Source of the DNA: Raillietiella orientalis
Taxonomy: Eukaryota
Length of the DNA stretch: 64,000 bases
Reading direction: 5' to 3'
NCBI GenBank assembly: GCA_036172245.1
Contig: JAYWIR010000012.1
Span: 2,542,001-2,606,000 of the forward strand
Below, piece after piece: positions 12,176 through 25,060 of this stretch (position 1 is its first letter; each line of letters opens with the position of its first letter). A program made the position numbers and the translations under genes. Below the pieces are notes generated by a model. The model did no database searches and had not been told where the DNA came from. It saw nothing but the letters and a program-made list of their open reading frames with translations.

Positions 12176-13329
12176 TCCGACCGTATCCGGGAATAGGGAA
12201 TGAGAGGAAGCGGGGGAACCCGTAGGGTGGGACGGCGCGCGATCCTTTTGGAGCGCCTTCGAGTGGCCCATGGGAAGGAGACGAAAAGTCTTCCGCCCCG
12301 GGAGAGGATCGCAGCAGCAGGTCGCAGGCACCTCGAGCCACACTGCGCACGCGTTTCCCGCTTCCAAGGATGGCCTCCCTCTGCTCTTGCACCCCCTCTC
12401 CTTCCGCCATTGCCCTCCGCAGCATTCCAGCAGTAGCAGCGGCAGCGGCGGGGAATGCGAAGAGAGGGGACGAGTCTCTTCCTGGCGTCTCCCTGTTCCC
12501 CGTCCGCACTCTCGGTGACGACCACACGTTCAGGCCAGAATGCGTGCGTGCGTGCGTGCTGCCGCCGGCACGGCTGCCGCCTCAGGGGGGAGCAGGGGAG
12601 GAGGGGGGGGGGCTAGGGTGGAGGAGGACGCAGGACGCCGAACCGCTGCTTGTCAGCGAGAGCAAAGGCGAGGCGAGAAGATTGATGGGGTCTTCGGGCG
12701 GCGCCATTCGCCGGGCGTCCAGTCTGCACCGCCCCCTCTCCTTCCCTCCTCGGAGCTTCTCTGCTCTGCCGCCCAGCTTCCCCCTTCCTCTTCTCCTCCG
12801 CGTGCTTCAAGTTCGCAGAGCGCGCGCGCCTGTCCGGTGTCTCCTCCGATTCCGATGTCGGGGTAGGGAGAGGGGAAGGGGGAGGAAGGAAGGAAGGAAA
12901 GAGGGAAAGAAAGGGAAGGCGACGGCGCAGATGCGCTCGCGAGCAACCGCGAGGGTTTCGCCGGGGTTGACCGGAAGAAGGGGAAGCAGAGGGGTCCTCG
13001 ACAAAAGGGTCGGAAGGATGCTCGTGGTCGACAGCTGCCCCTCCTTGGCTCCCGATCCAGCCGACCATCGGATTTCCGCGAAAGGAGGACGGGAGAGAAG
13101 GATGAAGGAAGACAGAGGAGGGAGAGACGGGGGGAACGGTCGAGGTTCACGCGACTTCCACCTCTCTGTCCCGGGAGCTCTCTGCTAATTAGCCGGCAGG
13201 GGCGTGCACGTCCCCCTGACCCTACTCTCTACCCTGAGTGGCGCTGGATAACTCGGGGAAAAGCCTCTGTGGTTCCCTCCTCGTCTGCAGCCCCTGCCGA
13301 CGCGCGGGCAGCTGCTTAGCCAAAAAGCC

Positions 13330-15140
13330 CGTCGCGGTCTTTTGGCTAAGATCAAAGTGCTGCTAATGGTAGTGGTGGTGGTTGTCTCCAGCGCAGGGCG
13401 CGGACGGGCACTTGCGGCACTCAGGAAGCCGCGAAGTCGGTGGCAGCCACCTCGCGCCAAGCTCCCTTGTCTGGAACACATGGTTCATCCGCCAGGAACA
13501 GAGCGCTGGTGCCATCTGCAAAGAAATCTCTTCCCTCGCTCAAACTTCCAAGATTCATGCGCTTTTCGGGCTGGCTACCGGGAGAAGCCTCTGTACCGAT
13601 GAAGGAAACCGAGAAATGACCAGGGAGATGACCACAGTAGAAGAGAGACGAGCCCAAGGCCGAAATTGAGACGGAGTGTTACCGAGCGGCAGGCACGCTG
13701 GGATGGATCGGGCGCAATAGAGAGAAGAGAAGCGGAAGGATTCTGCAGAACCCGACTTGCCCCCATGCTTGACGCTGGGGGAAGTCCTGGGCAGCTGCGC
13801 TTCTTTCCCAAGTGTGCTGCAGTCGTGTAGGGAGAGCCCCTCGGCGTGAGAGCCATCCTCCCAGACGTGGCACAGAAAACAGCCTTCCTCTTCTTGGCGA
13901 GGCTTCCGTCGCAGGGTGAAAGCATACCTTGGGGAAGGTCGAACCGACCGTGAGGAGCGGAGCACCGGCTGGCGTGTTCTTCAACGGAAAACCGAAGCAA
14001 CAGTTCCAGAAGAGGAACCACACGATTTCCTGGGAGCAGTCCGTCCCTTGTTCCCCAGAGACTCTGATTAACGGAATGAGTCCGTCGTGGACTGTGCAGG
14101 AGAGATCTCTCGACTCAGGCCAATGAACCGCAACCTTGGCCTCGAAGCATCTGGCGGCCCGCATTTTAATGGTCCCTCCCATTGCCGCGGCTCTGCTTCC
14201 CCTGAGGAAGCAGCATCTTGGCAGCTATAGACCGGCAATGTGGGAGATCTCCTGCGAGGTGAACCCCAGGAGGAAGGTTTTAGGCGGTCGAACCACGGGC
14301 CAGCTCAAGGACACTGCTATCCCAGGTGCCCAGGACTCTTGTGCTGAGGTGAGCTACTCGGTATTCCCCGGGGAGATCTCGAGTGTTCCCCAGTGCTGCG
14401 GAACACACACACCCTCCACCTCGAGTGGCTGCAGTCAGCGATCCTTCTGTTTCACTAGGGGACCCCCGTGCAACGTTTGCCGACATTACTGGTCCCTGGA
14501 GGGTGCGGACCCAGACTGCAGTAGGTGCGGAGAGAGGGAATCCCTCCCGCATCTGCTCGTGGATTGAGTCGCTCTCCGTGTCCCTGTGGGAACTTTTTGT
14601 CGCGACCGTGCGTACCCCCGACGGCAACCTCAGAGACGTCTTCGAGCGCCTCCTCGTACGTGACGCCCTAAAGCCAGCCGAGTTTCCAGCAGCTCTCTGC
14701 TGCCTCCGAGGGAGCTGCCTCGATCTTCCGGAGCAGCGCCGGAGGTGGCCACGACGATGGAGACGCCATACACTTTGCCAACCGCCTCCGACAAACAGCA
14801 ACTTCAAGGTGGCCGCTCCACCTCGGAACTATCCTACAAGACCTCCTTGCAAGGATACAGAGAACTCCATAAAGCAGGCAGCGATCCCTTCCCGAAGAAG
14901 GGATCGCCGCCCTACAGATGTTTCCCTGTCTTTATTCTTGTTCTTTGTTCGTTCCCCTCCCCTCTACTGCACTGAGGTGAACCGCGCTGGCAGATCCTCT
15001 TTCTCCGGTGCGCACCTTCCTCCCGGAAAGGACACTCAATCCTGCCTTCCCTTCTCCAGTGAACATGGCGGCCGGTCCGAGTGTCCTGCTACCACCTTTG
15101 TGTGTTGAATAAACGACCCGGCGCACCGTGGTGTCAACAT
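13330..15140 (+). mobile_element. Tx1/L1-like LINE 3' portion (zf-RVT domain and 3' UTR), copy 1
   Basis: DPDCSRCGERESLPHLLVD (zf-RVT CxxC...HLLxxC motif). Homologous from ~14330 to the copies at 24262-25060 and 27440-28200. AATAAA at 15108. Extension upstream of 14330 is weak. Confidence 0.75.
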
Positions 15141-15399
15141 TGCAGCAGTCCCTCCGACGCCGTGGTAACGTCCCTCGAGAGACGGTCTTCGGGTTCCCCG
15201 TCCCGCAAGGACGCTTCAAGGAGATAGGAGAGGCGGAAACGCCCGAGACGGCTGTGATTCCGCTGCTTCCTGTTCGGTTCCGCAGGTGCGTTTTCCGGTC
15301 CCGCGGAGCCGACCCGGTTTCCCGCTTGTCTGCCTTTCACGGCCGCTTCCCCGACCTTCGAAGGCTTCGTGGCGAGGGTTGAACCCGTCCTGTCGCTTC

Positions 15400-17450
15400 C
15401 ACCATGCACCAACTGCGCAACGAAGCACCATCCTGTCTCGGCCGAGGGGGGAGACGGAGGAATTCGAAAGATAAAACAACGCAGGGCTGGGGAGGGAATG
15501 GTTTCTGATCACTCTCGGGGTCGCGAGGGAAGCTGCTCTTCTCTTCCTCCTTCTCCATTCTCTGGAGAATTCCACAGTGATACGAGGTCGAACGCTCCCT
15601 CGGGTCCTCAGCCTTGAATCGAAAAACGAACGGGGGGCTTTCCCCTCAGCCAGAGGGACCCTCCGAGAGAGAGAGCGGGCGAGACGCTCCAAGGCCTCAA
15701 ACTATCACGGCGGAGCCTGATGCGCTGTATTAGGAGTCATGAACCTGGCCGCCATGCCCAAAAGGCAACAGCGAGAAGGAAGGGTGCTCGTCGACCCCTC
15801 CAGTTAGCCAAAGAAATTCTCGGGCGAGTGTCGCATCTGTCTCTCTGTTATTTCTTGCTGTCGTCAGCTCTTTTGCACGAGGTGGCTTCCGTGAGCTCTC
15901 GAGTTCGGTTCCCCTTGCTGAAGGAATTCCATTTTGGCTTTGGTCCCGGCAGTGCCTCGCTCGCCTTCCTTCTGGGAAGGTTCCAATTTCTCGGACGGCA
16001 GCAGCCATTTCGAGAGCGGAGCGTTGGAAGCGCCATAACCACCTTGACGTCGTCGCTTGAGGAAACCGAAGCTCTGACCTGGACCGGAAACGAAATAGCG
16101 CTTCTCCGGAAGTGCGGAAAGAGAGGTAGCACCAAAAGCAGCGTGGGGGTTTCGGCTCCCCCCCTTCGGTTGGGAGCACCTCAGAGCGGTGCTTCCTGGG
16201 GGAGTCTGATTCCCTTTTGCAGTTTCAGCAGCAGTCGCGTTCGGCGCTTGTCCAGTATCGAGAGGATCTCTTGGAGGACCTTCCTAAGACTGGGATGGCA
16301 GCGCTTTCAAAGTTCCCTTCCGAAGTCGTTCGAGTCCCGCAGCATTGCAAGTAACGTGGCTCGCAATCAGCCACTCCTGGCGAAGAGCTCGAAATCCTCC
16401 CGTCCGAGACTCGAGTGAAGGATAGTGGCGGCGGCTTCTCGGCAGGCGAAGAGCCTTCGCGCGCCCGCTGGGACTCTTCTCGCCTTTCCATCAGAAATGC
16501 ACGACGATCTCTCGGCCCTTGGTTAAAACCGACTTGGATAGCTGCAGGGTAGCCAACGCCTCTGAGGGCTATTTACACTTCGGGAAAGAAAAAAGAAAAA
16601 AAAAATGGAACAAGGAAAGAAAGCAAGCATTGGGGATCACAGGGAGGTTTACGAATCAGGGAAGAGTGCCATGGGTCACTGAAATGATAACGTGGATGTG
16701 GGGAGAGGAGCGAATAGTCTGGACGCGCGATGACGGTGGGCACGCCGAACGGCTTTTCTGGGGGAGAGCATGCTCGGCATGCCGAAGCAACGGAAGTCTC
16801 GAGGCGAACCCACCGCCATCACCACCCTCGTGGTCTCTTCTCCTCGGAAAATGCTCCCTCTCCTTGCAGAAGGGAAGAAATTCAAGGGAGAAGAGTCCCG
16901 GAGGCCATCAGCTCCACTGAGGGGGAAGCGACGATAGCCTGGAGGTTCGTGCATCGCTTGATCTCTGCAGGCGTGTCTTGGAGACGACCTTCAGCCCTAC
17001 CAGGAGGTGCTCCTTCCTCTGCAAGGTCCAAAGATTACGGGAGCAGATAATGGAGGCTTCGATCACAACGTTCCCACGGTTGGAAAGGAGCGCGGATGAG
17101 GCCTCGTGTCCCAAGGACTTTTCCCGAAGCAGCTCAAGAACACGAAGGAGCGTCTCGACAGGTCGAGGGAAAAGGGGATGCTGGTTGTCGAGAGCGAAGC
17201 GGCAGCACTCTGAGACGAGCAGGTCTTCCTTCCTGTGGGAACTCGAACGCTGGCGGGCATGCCGTCTCCGCCACCATCCTCTGGACGGGGGAAGAAAGGG
17301 GGGGAAAGGGGTGACTCGTCGGGCGCCTCGGAGGTGGAAGCGGGGTGCATGACTCTCGGGATCTCGGGAAGGGAAACGGGGAAAGTCCTGTCGCAGATGC
17401 GGGAGTCCATCCGCTTGCTTCCGCTCGCGCGCATGCGCGTGCGCGCACGA
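15400..17450 (-). mobile_element. Degenerate Ty3/gypsy pol (RT, RNase H, integrase)
   Basis: FALDN...LLRVLELLREKSL (~YLDD...L..VL..LR...L), RLQRSS, EKPFGVPT..RPDY (~KPF.V.TDAS.Y), EALA...KGREIVV, PGVADCEPR (~VADCLSR), RHCRDQ, RDPESDQ (~HPQSDG), in RT-RH-IN order. Confidence 0.7.
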
Positions 17451-17560
17451 GTTATGGCCTCCGCACAGAAGGAACTCTGGAAGACAAAAGTAGCGCGTTC
17501 GAGAACCAAAGAAAGGGAAGGGAAGGGGGGGGGGAGTCGAAAAAATGAAGGTAGAGGGTG

Positions 17561-17612
17561 GAGAGAGAGAGAGAGAGAGAGAGAGAGCTGCTGCTGCTGC
17601 TGCTGCCGCCGC
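17561..17612. repeat. (GA)n + (GCT)n + (GCC)n microsatellite
   Basis: Directly visible. Confidence 0.95.
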
Positions 17613-18476
17613 CGCGGTCCATGGTCTCCCAGAAAAAGAGCAAACACAGAAAGAGCCATCATTCATGCCGCATATCAAATGAGCAGCCGAGGTCTTTGCC
17701 TGATTTCCCGTAATTCCGGGAGAGTCCGAGTCCGCTAACAATCAGACATCTGCGGGAGAACGCGGAGGTGATGGATGGAAGTCACTCCGGGGTCGCCTCT
17801 CCTTCGCTTTCATCTTGTTTCGCTTGCGTGCCCGGAGCAGCATAAAAGGAGCGCTTAGAAAGGACCCGCGTACCGAGAAGAATTCAAAACTTCTCGGCAG
17901 GCGTGCAGCAGCGCGGGGCATTACCTTTGAGGGGAGAAGGAAAGATACTGACCGGTGGCCGCCGCGCGGAGGTGCGTGCCGCCCGACGTAGGCTGCTCTG
18001 GGAAGGAAGTCGCTGCGAAAGACGGCTCTGCTGCATCCCCGTCCTTCCATCCCACGCTGAGGCACCGTCGCTCTCGTTTTAGGACCTCTTCCTCTCGGCA
18101 AACGCGAAGACAAGGAGGAGGAGGAGGAGGTGTCAAGGGAGAAAGGCGACGGCGACGGCCACATTCGCATCCACCCCTCACCCCCCACCTCCCTTACCCC
18201 GCGAGGAAGGGAGGAACTCCTACTTGATTTCCCCGACCTGTGGCGGGCGATTCGCAGTGGGGGCTAAGTCACGGAACGCATCCCCGCTGGTCCTCCCTTC
18301 TCCCTGGGGCTGCCCTTGAGTTCCTGTCCGCAGAGTTTGCATCGCCTGGCGGTCGAGCTCCGACCGCGCGCCGGTCCGACATCCGGAACGCTGGCAAGTC
18401 CATCCTGCGGGCGTCTTGGGGAGAAGGGATGCCGGACCTGGGCACCCCCTCCGTTTCCTCGGAAACGGAACCGAGG

Positions 18477-18538
18477 CTAACGCGAACCGGCTTGTTTTCT
18501 TTTGTGCGTGGGCGCACGCGTGTGTTTTATAGGTGAGA
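18477..18538 (+). other. Candidate recursive splice site (branch point, AG-free T-rich tract, TAG|GTGAG)
   Basis: CTAAC at 18477-18481, no AG until 18531-18532, immediately followed by GTGAGA. Confidence 0.4.
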
Positions 18539-19229
18539 AGGGGAACAAATCACCCTGAATCAGCCTGCCGCTGCTTTCCGTCGTCCCCCCAAGAGGGTGG
18601 AAACTGAAATCTCTTTATTTAGGATTCCCCCAGTTCTATTGGCTCCAAGCGACCCTAGACGGTGGCCATGAAGCGAAAGTGTGGCTCCAAGTGAAACGCG
18701 CTCTTAATTTGCCGTCCCCTTGCCTGCCCAAGTTGATGACTCTAATTAAAGGGCACGGATATTCTTTTCGGAGGTCATTTTTTTTTCTTCCTCTTCTTCC
18801 TTTTTCTCCTTGATCCCATTACAGTTTCTGCCGTTACCCCTTCCGTCCGGCGACAATTGCTAAATCCAGCAAAGCAAGAAGAAACCTGCTGCGTGTCCAA
18901 GCAGCCGCAGCCCTCTGCGGCGAGAAACCTCGGCGCCTTGCGAACGAGATTCTGTTTCCCAGCAGTCGATCTCGAGAGATGAAGGAGGCAGAAGTATCCT
19001 GGTGCCAACCGAAACTGAGATTTCATGAAAGGCAGATCTCGTCGTAAGCTGCGGAAGGAATGAACATCTTCAAAGTAGCAAAGAAGGATGAAGGTGGTCA
19101 GATGAAGCGGAAAGATGAACTAGAAAGAAGGAATGGGAAAGGTGAAGATGAAATGGCCTCTGGCATGCATTTACTCTCACGAAGGAATGCAAGAAGATGA
19201 AGATATCTGAACGCTCAGCAGGAAGCGTC

Positions 19230-21060
19230 TGCCCTCCGCGCGTATCAGCATCCTCGGAGGAGAACTGAGCCATCCCGCAATTCCACAGGGTCCAGCGGAC
19301 TGCCTGTGAAGAACTCGCAGTCTCTGCAACTCTTCTGAAATTCCTCGTGAAGCAGTGCCTCCTCGTGTGTCGTGCTTTTCCAGCCTTGGTCCGCAAGAGG
19401 GAGCTCGCAATTCTTTTCGTCCTGGTTTTCCAGCGCTCTCCGTGGAAACTGGGAATACGAGTGAATGCCATGGAGATGAAAGCAGGAAATTCGTCGGTTA
19501 GGGATCACCTCAAGGACGAGGGGACTAGGAGCAATGACTGCATTGAAAAAGAGAAACGAGAACTCCTGAAAAGGAAGGGCTCCGGGAAAGAGGCGGGAAT
19601 CTCGCAGCCTCGGTATGTTGCACAGCAAACCCTCTGATTCCGAACCAGGAATACTCAGGAGCTGCGAATGCACCAGCTCAGTCATGCAGCCTCCTTCCTC
19701 ATCCTCCAACGCATTTGTCGAAGACATCGTGGAGAGACTGCAAGCAGCCAAAGATGCATGCTTCTGTTGTCTCGAGGAAAAAATCATCTTGATGACGGTT
19801 GCGAGGATTAATTTTAAAGCCTTGCTGCCACCACCGAAGGCAACAAACAAGGAAAGTGGCTATCGGCAGCAACACAGCTGGGACATCTATTGGACGGACA
19901 TGATAGAACGTTCTGGAAGCGGCAGAGAGTGGGCCTTCGTTGCCTTCGCGGGAATCCTTTGGAGTTCTTCTGTTTTCGCTGCTTCCCTTCCAGCTTTTTT
20001 GTCTTTTTTCCTTGATTCACTATGTTCTTCAAGGCAAAAGCCGTACAGGTAGACCGGAACTGGACGCCCCGCTCTCTCTTACACTCCTGCACAGGACTGG
20101 AGGTCTCGTGGCGGGGATCGAGGTTTCTGCAGTCTTCCTCCCCTGCATAGGACCGCTTCCTTCTTCCTGGGGAAGGGGGCAAGGAGAATGCTGTGGCAGC
20201 TCTCCTTGCAGGGAGCAACGCCTTCCCACCTTTGCCTTTACCGAATCCCGTCGGTTCATTTCAAGCCAAACCGTTGGCCTTCTTAGAGGTGCGACTCACA
20301 CAGCTCTTTAGCACTTCTCACGCCACCGAGGGCGTCTGTAACTCTTCAAGTTAGGGGGTCATCCAGGAGCGACCACTCTATGAATTCAGGAAGGCACCGG
20401 AGGAAGGAGTCCGTTCCTCCCTTACTCTTCGGAGGGAAGTTCGAAGGGAACCCGCGCCCTAGCTTTCTCCGAAGGAAACCCCGAAGGGGATTTCTTCCTA
20501 ATCCACTTCGGAGGGACCACCCCGTGAATGCAGGAAGGTTCCAGAGGAAAGAGTCCGTTCCTCTCACGCTTCAGAAGGAACTGGGAAGGGAACCCTCGTG
20601 CTGATTGGCGCCGAAGGGAACTCTGAAAGGAACCTCAGGCGACAAACCTCCTCCTTGTTCTCTCCGGAGGGACCTCCCGGAGAGGATTCGCTCCCTGTTT
20701 GCTTCTCTGAAGAGAACCCTGGGAAGACGCTTCCCAATTTCTCAGAAGGGCTCTACCCGAGGAGAGTGACTCTCCCTGGAGGGTCATTAACCAGCTCCAT
20801 GGTACGACTCCGTTTTCCCAGCCGGAAGGTAACCAGAGCTCTTCGATTCCTGGAAGGACCCCGGAGGGTCAACTTCTGATCCAGACCGGTCAACGAGGGC
20901 ATCCAGGGGTTTCAGACTTCCACAGTGCCGCCACGCGCGGAGACTGCAGTCGCGCGGCCGTCAACGCTGGCACCCCTGGAGCTGACGACTGGGATTCGGA
21001 TCAAACGCAAGGCTGCGGATCCGGGTCGCGAAGTAAACTCGTTCGGCAGGCAAGGGTGCG
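19230..21060 (-). mobile_element. Degenerate Ty3/gypsy pol (connection, RNase H with module A, integrase), family G copy 2
   Basis: SLAFDPNPSRQLQ, then module A (20341-20935), RVTDALG, SIPATRPPVL (integrase N-terminus), RRISCFH...RALENQ, DQGW, FTGSPLDPVEL (~TG.SP.EL). 20025-20340 is homologous to 32650-32955. Confidence 0.7.
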
Positions 21061-21069
21061 TGCGATTCT

Positions 21070-21500
21070 CCTCCCTCAGGTGGCGTGGAATCCTTCAAGA
21101 TAGGGAGCAACCCCGGAGGGACCGCCCTATGGATCCAGGAAGGACTCCGGAGAAGTGAGTTCGTTCCTCTCACGCTTGAGGAGGGAACCTCCACGCTGGT
21201 TGTCCCCAAAGCGAGCCCCGAAAGGGCCCGCTCAATTTTTCCTTTTCCGGAGGGCATCTGCCAGGGAACCGCTCCCGGTTTCCTCCTCCTCTGAAGAGAA
21301 CCGCAAAGGGACGCCTCCGAATTTTCTCTGGAGGCTTCTCTGCACTCCCTGAAGAAGTGCCATCAATCCACCAGCTCCATGCTACGAGTTGGAAGGGGTC
21401 CTCCCCGAGGGGGATGAGGGGGTCTACTCCCTTGCACAAGCGGAAAGGAACCGCCCCTCGCTCTTGGACGTCCGCTTCGGATCCTTCTCCAGCTACGGGG
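21070..21500 (-). mobile_element. Family G partial copy 3 (module A), in tandem with copy 2
   Basis: Begins TCCTTCAAGATAGGG (21091) like the other modules and shares GGATCCAGGAAGG, CTCTGAAGAGAACC and ACCAGCTCCATG blocks. Confidence 0.75.
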
Positions 21501-21567
21501 AGGCTGGGTCGGCCGGGGGGCATGTCGTGGCAGACGTGGAACAGTTCCTCCTTGCAAATGCCGAGTC

Positions 21568-21570
21568 CTT

Positions 21571-21606
<36 letters not shown>

Positions 21607-21632
21607 AAAGAAAGAAAAGAAAGGAAGGAAGG
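21568..21632. repeat. Poly(T)-poly(A) run with GAAA/GGAA tail
   Basis: Directly visible. Confidence 0.9.
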
Positions 21633-24162
21633 AAAATTCTGCCCCCCATCGAGTCTCGGAGATCGTGCTGTTCCGTCGCGCCGACCTGCTGGTGGTCGCC
21701 GCGTTCTTTCGGGAAGCAGCTCGTCCCTCGTTCGCGAGGCAAGGTCACCTTCTAAATGGTGCTGGCACGAACGCGCGCGGGGGGGACCCGCGCCCCGCTC
21801 CGCCTAAACGCGTAATCCGCGAGACATGATAGGAAAATTCTGTGACACCCCGCGCAGGCACGTGAGGCGCCTCGGCGGAACGCTGGTCACGTTTCATCCG
21901 GAGTGGCTTGGCCCGGGGGAAAGCTTCCGTTGCTGCTGCAAACAGCGCTCTCGTCTCCTGCGGCTACGTAACGACAATGTGCAGCGCGTTCCTGGAAGTT
22001 CCACTGAGTCCCAGGAAGTGCCTGTTAATCACGACCACTCCACTGAGCCATTGTGCTCGTGATGTATGAGCGGCGCGCGAGAGAGAGGAGATTAAAAGAA
22101 ATCATGGATTGCAATAAAACGAAGGTGAAAGCCGTGCGGATGACATGAGAGGCGAAGCAAGGGAAAACGAGAGAGATCCTTTCAAAAAGTCAACAAACAG
22201 GCGGACGGAAATTGCCCGCGAGGATCTTTTGCAGAGCACGTCCAGGAGGAGACAAAACCACGGTTGGGATCTGCGAAAAGGGCATCAGGTTTAATGGACT
22301 GCTTAATAATTTATTCTAATGGATTTGCACTTCCTATGACCGAAATTCGAGATGAAGAGAGGCCGTTGACGCTGCAGAAAGTTAACACGGAGCTCGGAGG
22401 CAGCGGCAACAGAGAGGACTCGTGCAGATGACATTTCTGATGGTCTCCCGCCTTTTCGAGAAGGTTAGCAAAAGACTTCGCCTGCTGCATAGGCTGTCGA
22501 TCGCAAGGGAGGGGAGGGGGGAAGGGAGGAGGGAGAGGAACAACAGCAAAAAAAAAAAAAAAAAACGGGATGCGGCAGTAGCGTTGCTGAGAAGAGGGAA
22601 AAAGGGGGATCGAGCGCTCCTTCCGCATCATGACAAAGTGCTCCCTGGTATTCCCTCATTCCTGGATACTCAGCCCGGAACCCAGAAAAGCCATAAATGT
22701 TTCGTGGAGCACCGCGGAGGTTTCTGTGACTCACGGAAAGCTACGCGTGATGTCAAATGAGTCATTGCCGGGATCCGGCACGCACGGTTTCATCCGTTCC
22801 GAGCACTTGCGATCGCAATAAGGGAGCCGGAATCTTCCGATGAGATTCAATTTGAAGCTCATAATCCCCAAGAGCATGTTCCGTGTTCGCTGTCCTCTTA
22901 AGAGTGTCTTTCACGCCTCCCCCCCCCCTCTCTCTCTCACCTCCTCCCCCTTCCATCCCAGCATCCTCCTCGCAATTACCGTGACGTCGGAGCAAGCGCG
23001 CGCGCGCGCGGCGGCGGCGGCTTTCACAGGTTGCTCGGATGTGGCAGCGTGTGTCGCGCGGGTGCACTGGTTTGCAATAATTAGGGTTCCCGAAACCACA
23101 AATAAAGTCGCGTCTCCCGAGAGGGGCGGCTGCTGCTTCTTATTTGCGCCTTGAAACGGCGCGCACGAAAATTGATGCCCGCCAGGAGATCAATCAACCC
23201 CAGCGGAGCTTCCGATTCGTCCTGACGGAACTGACCTCGAAATCGCCTCGAACTTCTCAGCTGCTCGATCCCATCAGCATCCATCCATTTGCAGGCCGCG
23301 AACGAGCAGGAAGAGAAGGAAGGGGGGAGCGGCGTGTTGTTTCGCAGTGTAGGTTGCGCGCGCGGAACCTTGTTGCTAAGGCATCTCCACGGACCGCTTC
23401 CACGCGAGCGAAGATTACGGAGTGGAAGCGACGCGCGGATGCTGGGCGAAGCCCACCTCGAGGAAGGAAGAGAAGCATCGAAGGGGGGGCGCCCATTGCT
23501 CGAGGGTTCCTTCTTTCCTCCTCCGTCCGTTGGCTCTTTGGCTCAAGGGAACTTTCTAGAGGAAGTGAATCAATTACTGAACTTCCCGCTAGTGGCGCTT
23601 GCAGCTTCCGGAGCAAGGAGAGCACGGTGGCTCTGCTGTCTTTGAGGATGCTCCTCCCGCGCAGGCCGAGTGTTTGAAAAGGGAAAAGGAATTTCTGTTT
23701 GAGTTCCCAACAGGGATGGTGGGCCCGGGAAAAACGAGGGAGGGAACGTCTCTCCGCCTGGAAAGCGGAACCTGCGATGCAGCCAAAGCAGCTCGAGACA
23801 AAAACGGCCGGTCACCGGGTGACGAAAGCCGCGAGCGCGCGCGTGGGGGGGGGGAATCCCGTTCTTCTGAAGGGTCACTTCCCTCCTCCTCTTCCTGATG
23901 AGCAAACTCTTTCGGCGGGCTTTCTTATCCAGGTCCGGGGAAACTTACGCTCGTCCCAGGTGAAGGCGGGGACGAACCCTTGGGAACGAACCGCTTCCTT
24001 CTGGATCCCGCGATTTCGTTTCCTCGAAAGCTGGTTTTTTTGATTTGTTTACCTAGAGACGTGGATGTCCACGTGTCTATGAAGAAAGGAAAAAAAAGGA
24101 GCAGCGCAATCTGAGGGGGATTTTCGCATTCATTTTTATTTTCTTTTTTTTCTCGTTTTCAG

Positions 24163-24225
24163 GCACCTTTGTTCTTTCTGCTAGCAAGACCGGTGGTCCA
24201 CTGGAAGTTTCTAAACGAACCCCAG
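24163..24225 (+). other. Candidate 63-nt exon of an unidentified host gene
   Basis: ~40-nt pyrimidine tract ending TTTTCAG (24162) and donor CAG|GTGAGC (24226). Length is divisible by 3 and two frames are open (APLFFLLARPVVHWKFLNEPQ or TFVLSASKTGGPLEVSKRTP). Confidence 0.45.
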
Positions 24226-24261
24226 GTGAGCCTCGGACTTATCCACGGGTCACGACGGAAC

Positions 24262-25060
24262 GAGCTGCCACCCGGTCACGCCGGGGCGCTTATTAATTAA
24301 AATAAACATGCAACTGTGCGGTGGGGTATGTGGCCTCACCATGGCCGATCTTACAATGGACCTGCCGGATCTCCGGTGCGCAGACCGGCTGGGCTCACCC
24401 TGGCTACGGAGGGAAATGGGAGAGAAGCAAAAAGAAAAATAAAATAAAATAATAAATACAAACACTTTGGAGGACCGGGAAAGGATCACTGTCCGCTAGA
24501 AGGAGCCCTCTGCATCCCTCCCAGGATGTCGGCCGGCTAGGTCTGTCCGAATAAATCCCAGGTAGAGCCATCTGGACGTTATCTGCAGAAAGCGAAGAGC
24601 GAAGTGGATGGCGTCCCTATCGTTACTTCCTCCGTTGGCATCGCTCCACGCTGCCACAATCCCGCGGAGGCAGCAAAGTGCTGCAAGGGTTGCGGCTGGC
24701 TGCAGGACATCCCTCACAAAGAGGAGTCGCGCAACGTCCCTGGGGTTGCCGCCGGGGGGTTCCAAAGGTCTCAGCAAAGCTTTTCCAAAGGGGATGGAGG
24801 GCAACACAGTCCACTTGCAGGTGCTGAGAGATTCCTGCTCTCCACTCCTGGCACAGTTCGGGTCCACCCTCCTCCCGTGTCCAGGGATGCCACGATGGGC
24901 ATTGCACGGGAAGTCCCAGTGCATCAGCATCTGTGCCATCTCCTGCCACTTCAAGGGGAGGGTGCGCGTGTCCAGAGGCACTAGGGGTCACTGCAGATCT
25001 TGCACCGGAAGCCCCAGTAGCTCGCCCCGGACTACACGCAGAGGTCCCACGCGTGCAGAC
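24262..25060 (-). mobile_element. Tx1/L1-like LINE 3' portion (zf-RVT and 3' UTR), copy 2
   Basis: TRTLPLKWQE...HWDFPCNA...VDPNCARSGEQESL...RDAIHFALRFL; nucleotide homology to copies 1 and 3. Confidence 0.8.

Noticed and set aside
16100..16260. PRCFWC as a gag/ORF1 zinc knuckle
   Set aside because: No H/C completion, and the region is better explained as the RNase H-integrase linker of the gypsy fossil.
19600..19850. + strand EEKIILMTVARINFK as a P-element/THAP transposase C-terminus
   Set aside because: The minus strand gives collinear gypsy integrase motifs continuous with family G copy 2.
20700..20735. CTGAAGAG in module A (and CTGATGAG at ~23894 and ~29880) as hammerhead ribozyme cores
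   Set aside because: No stem II followed by GAAA, and no flanking stems I/III found.
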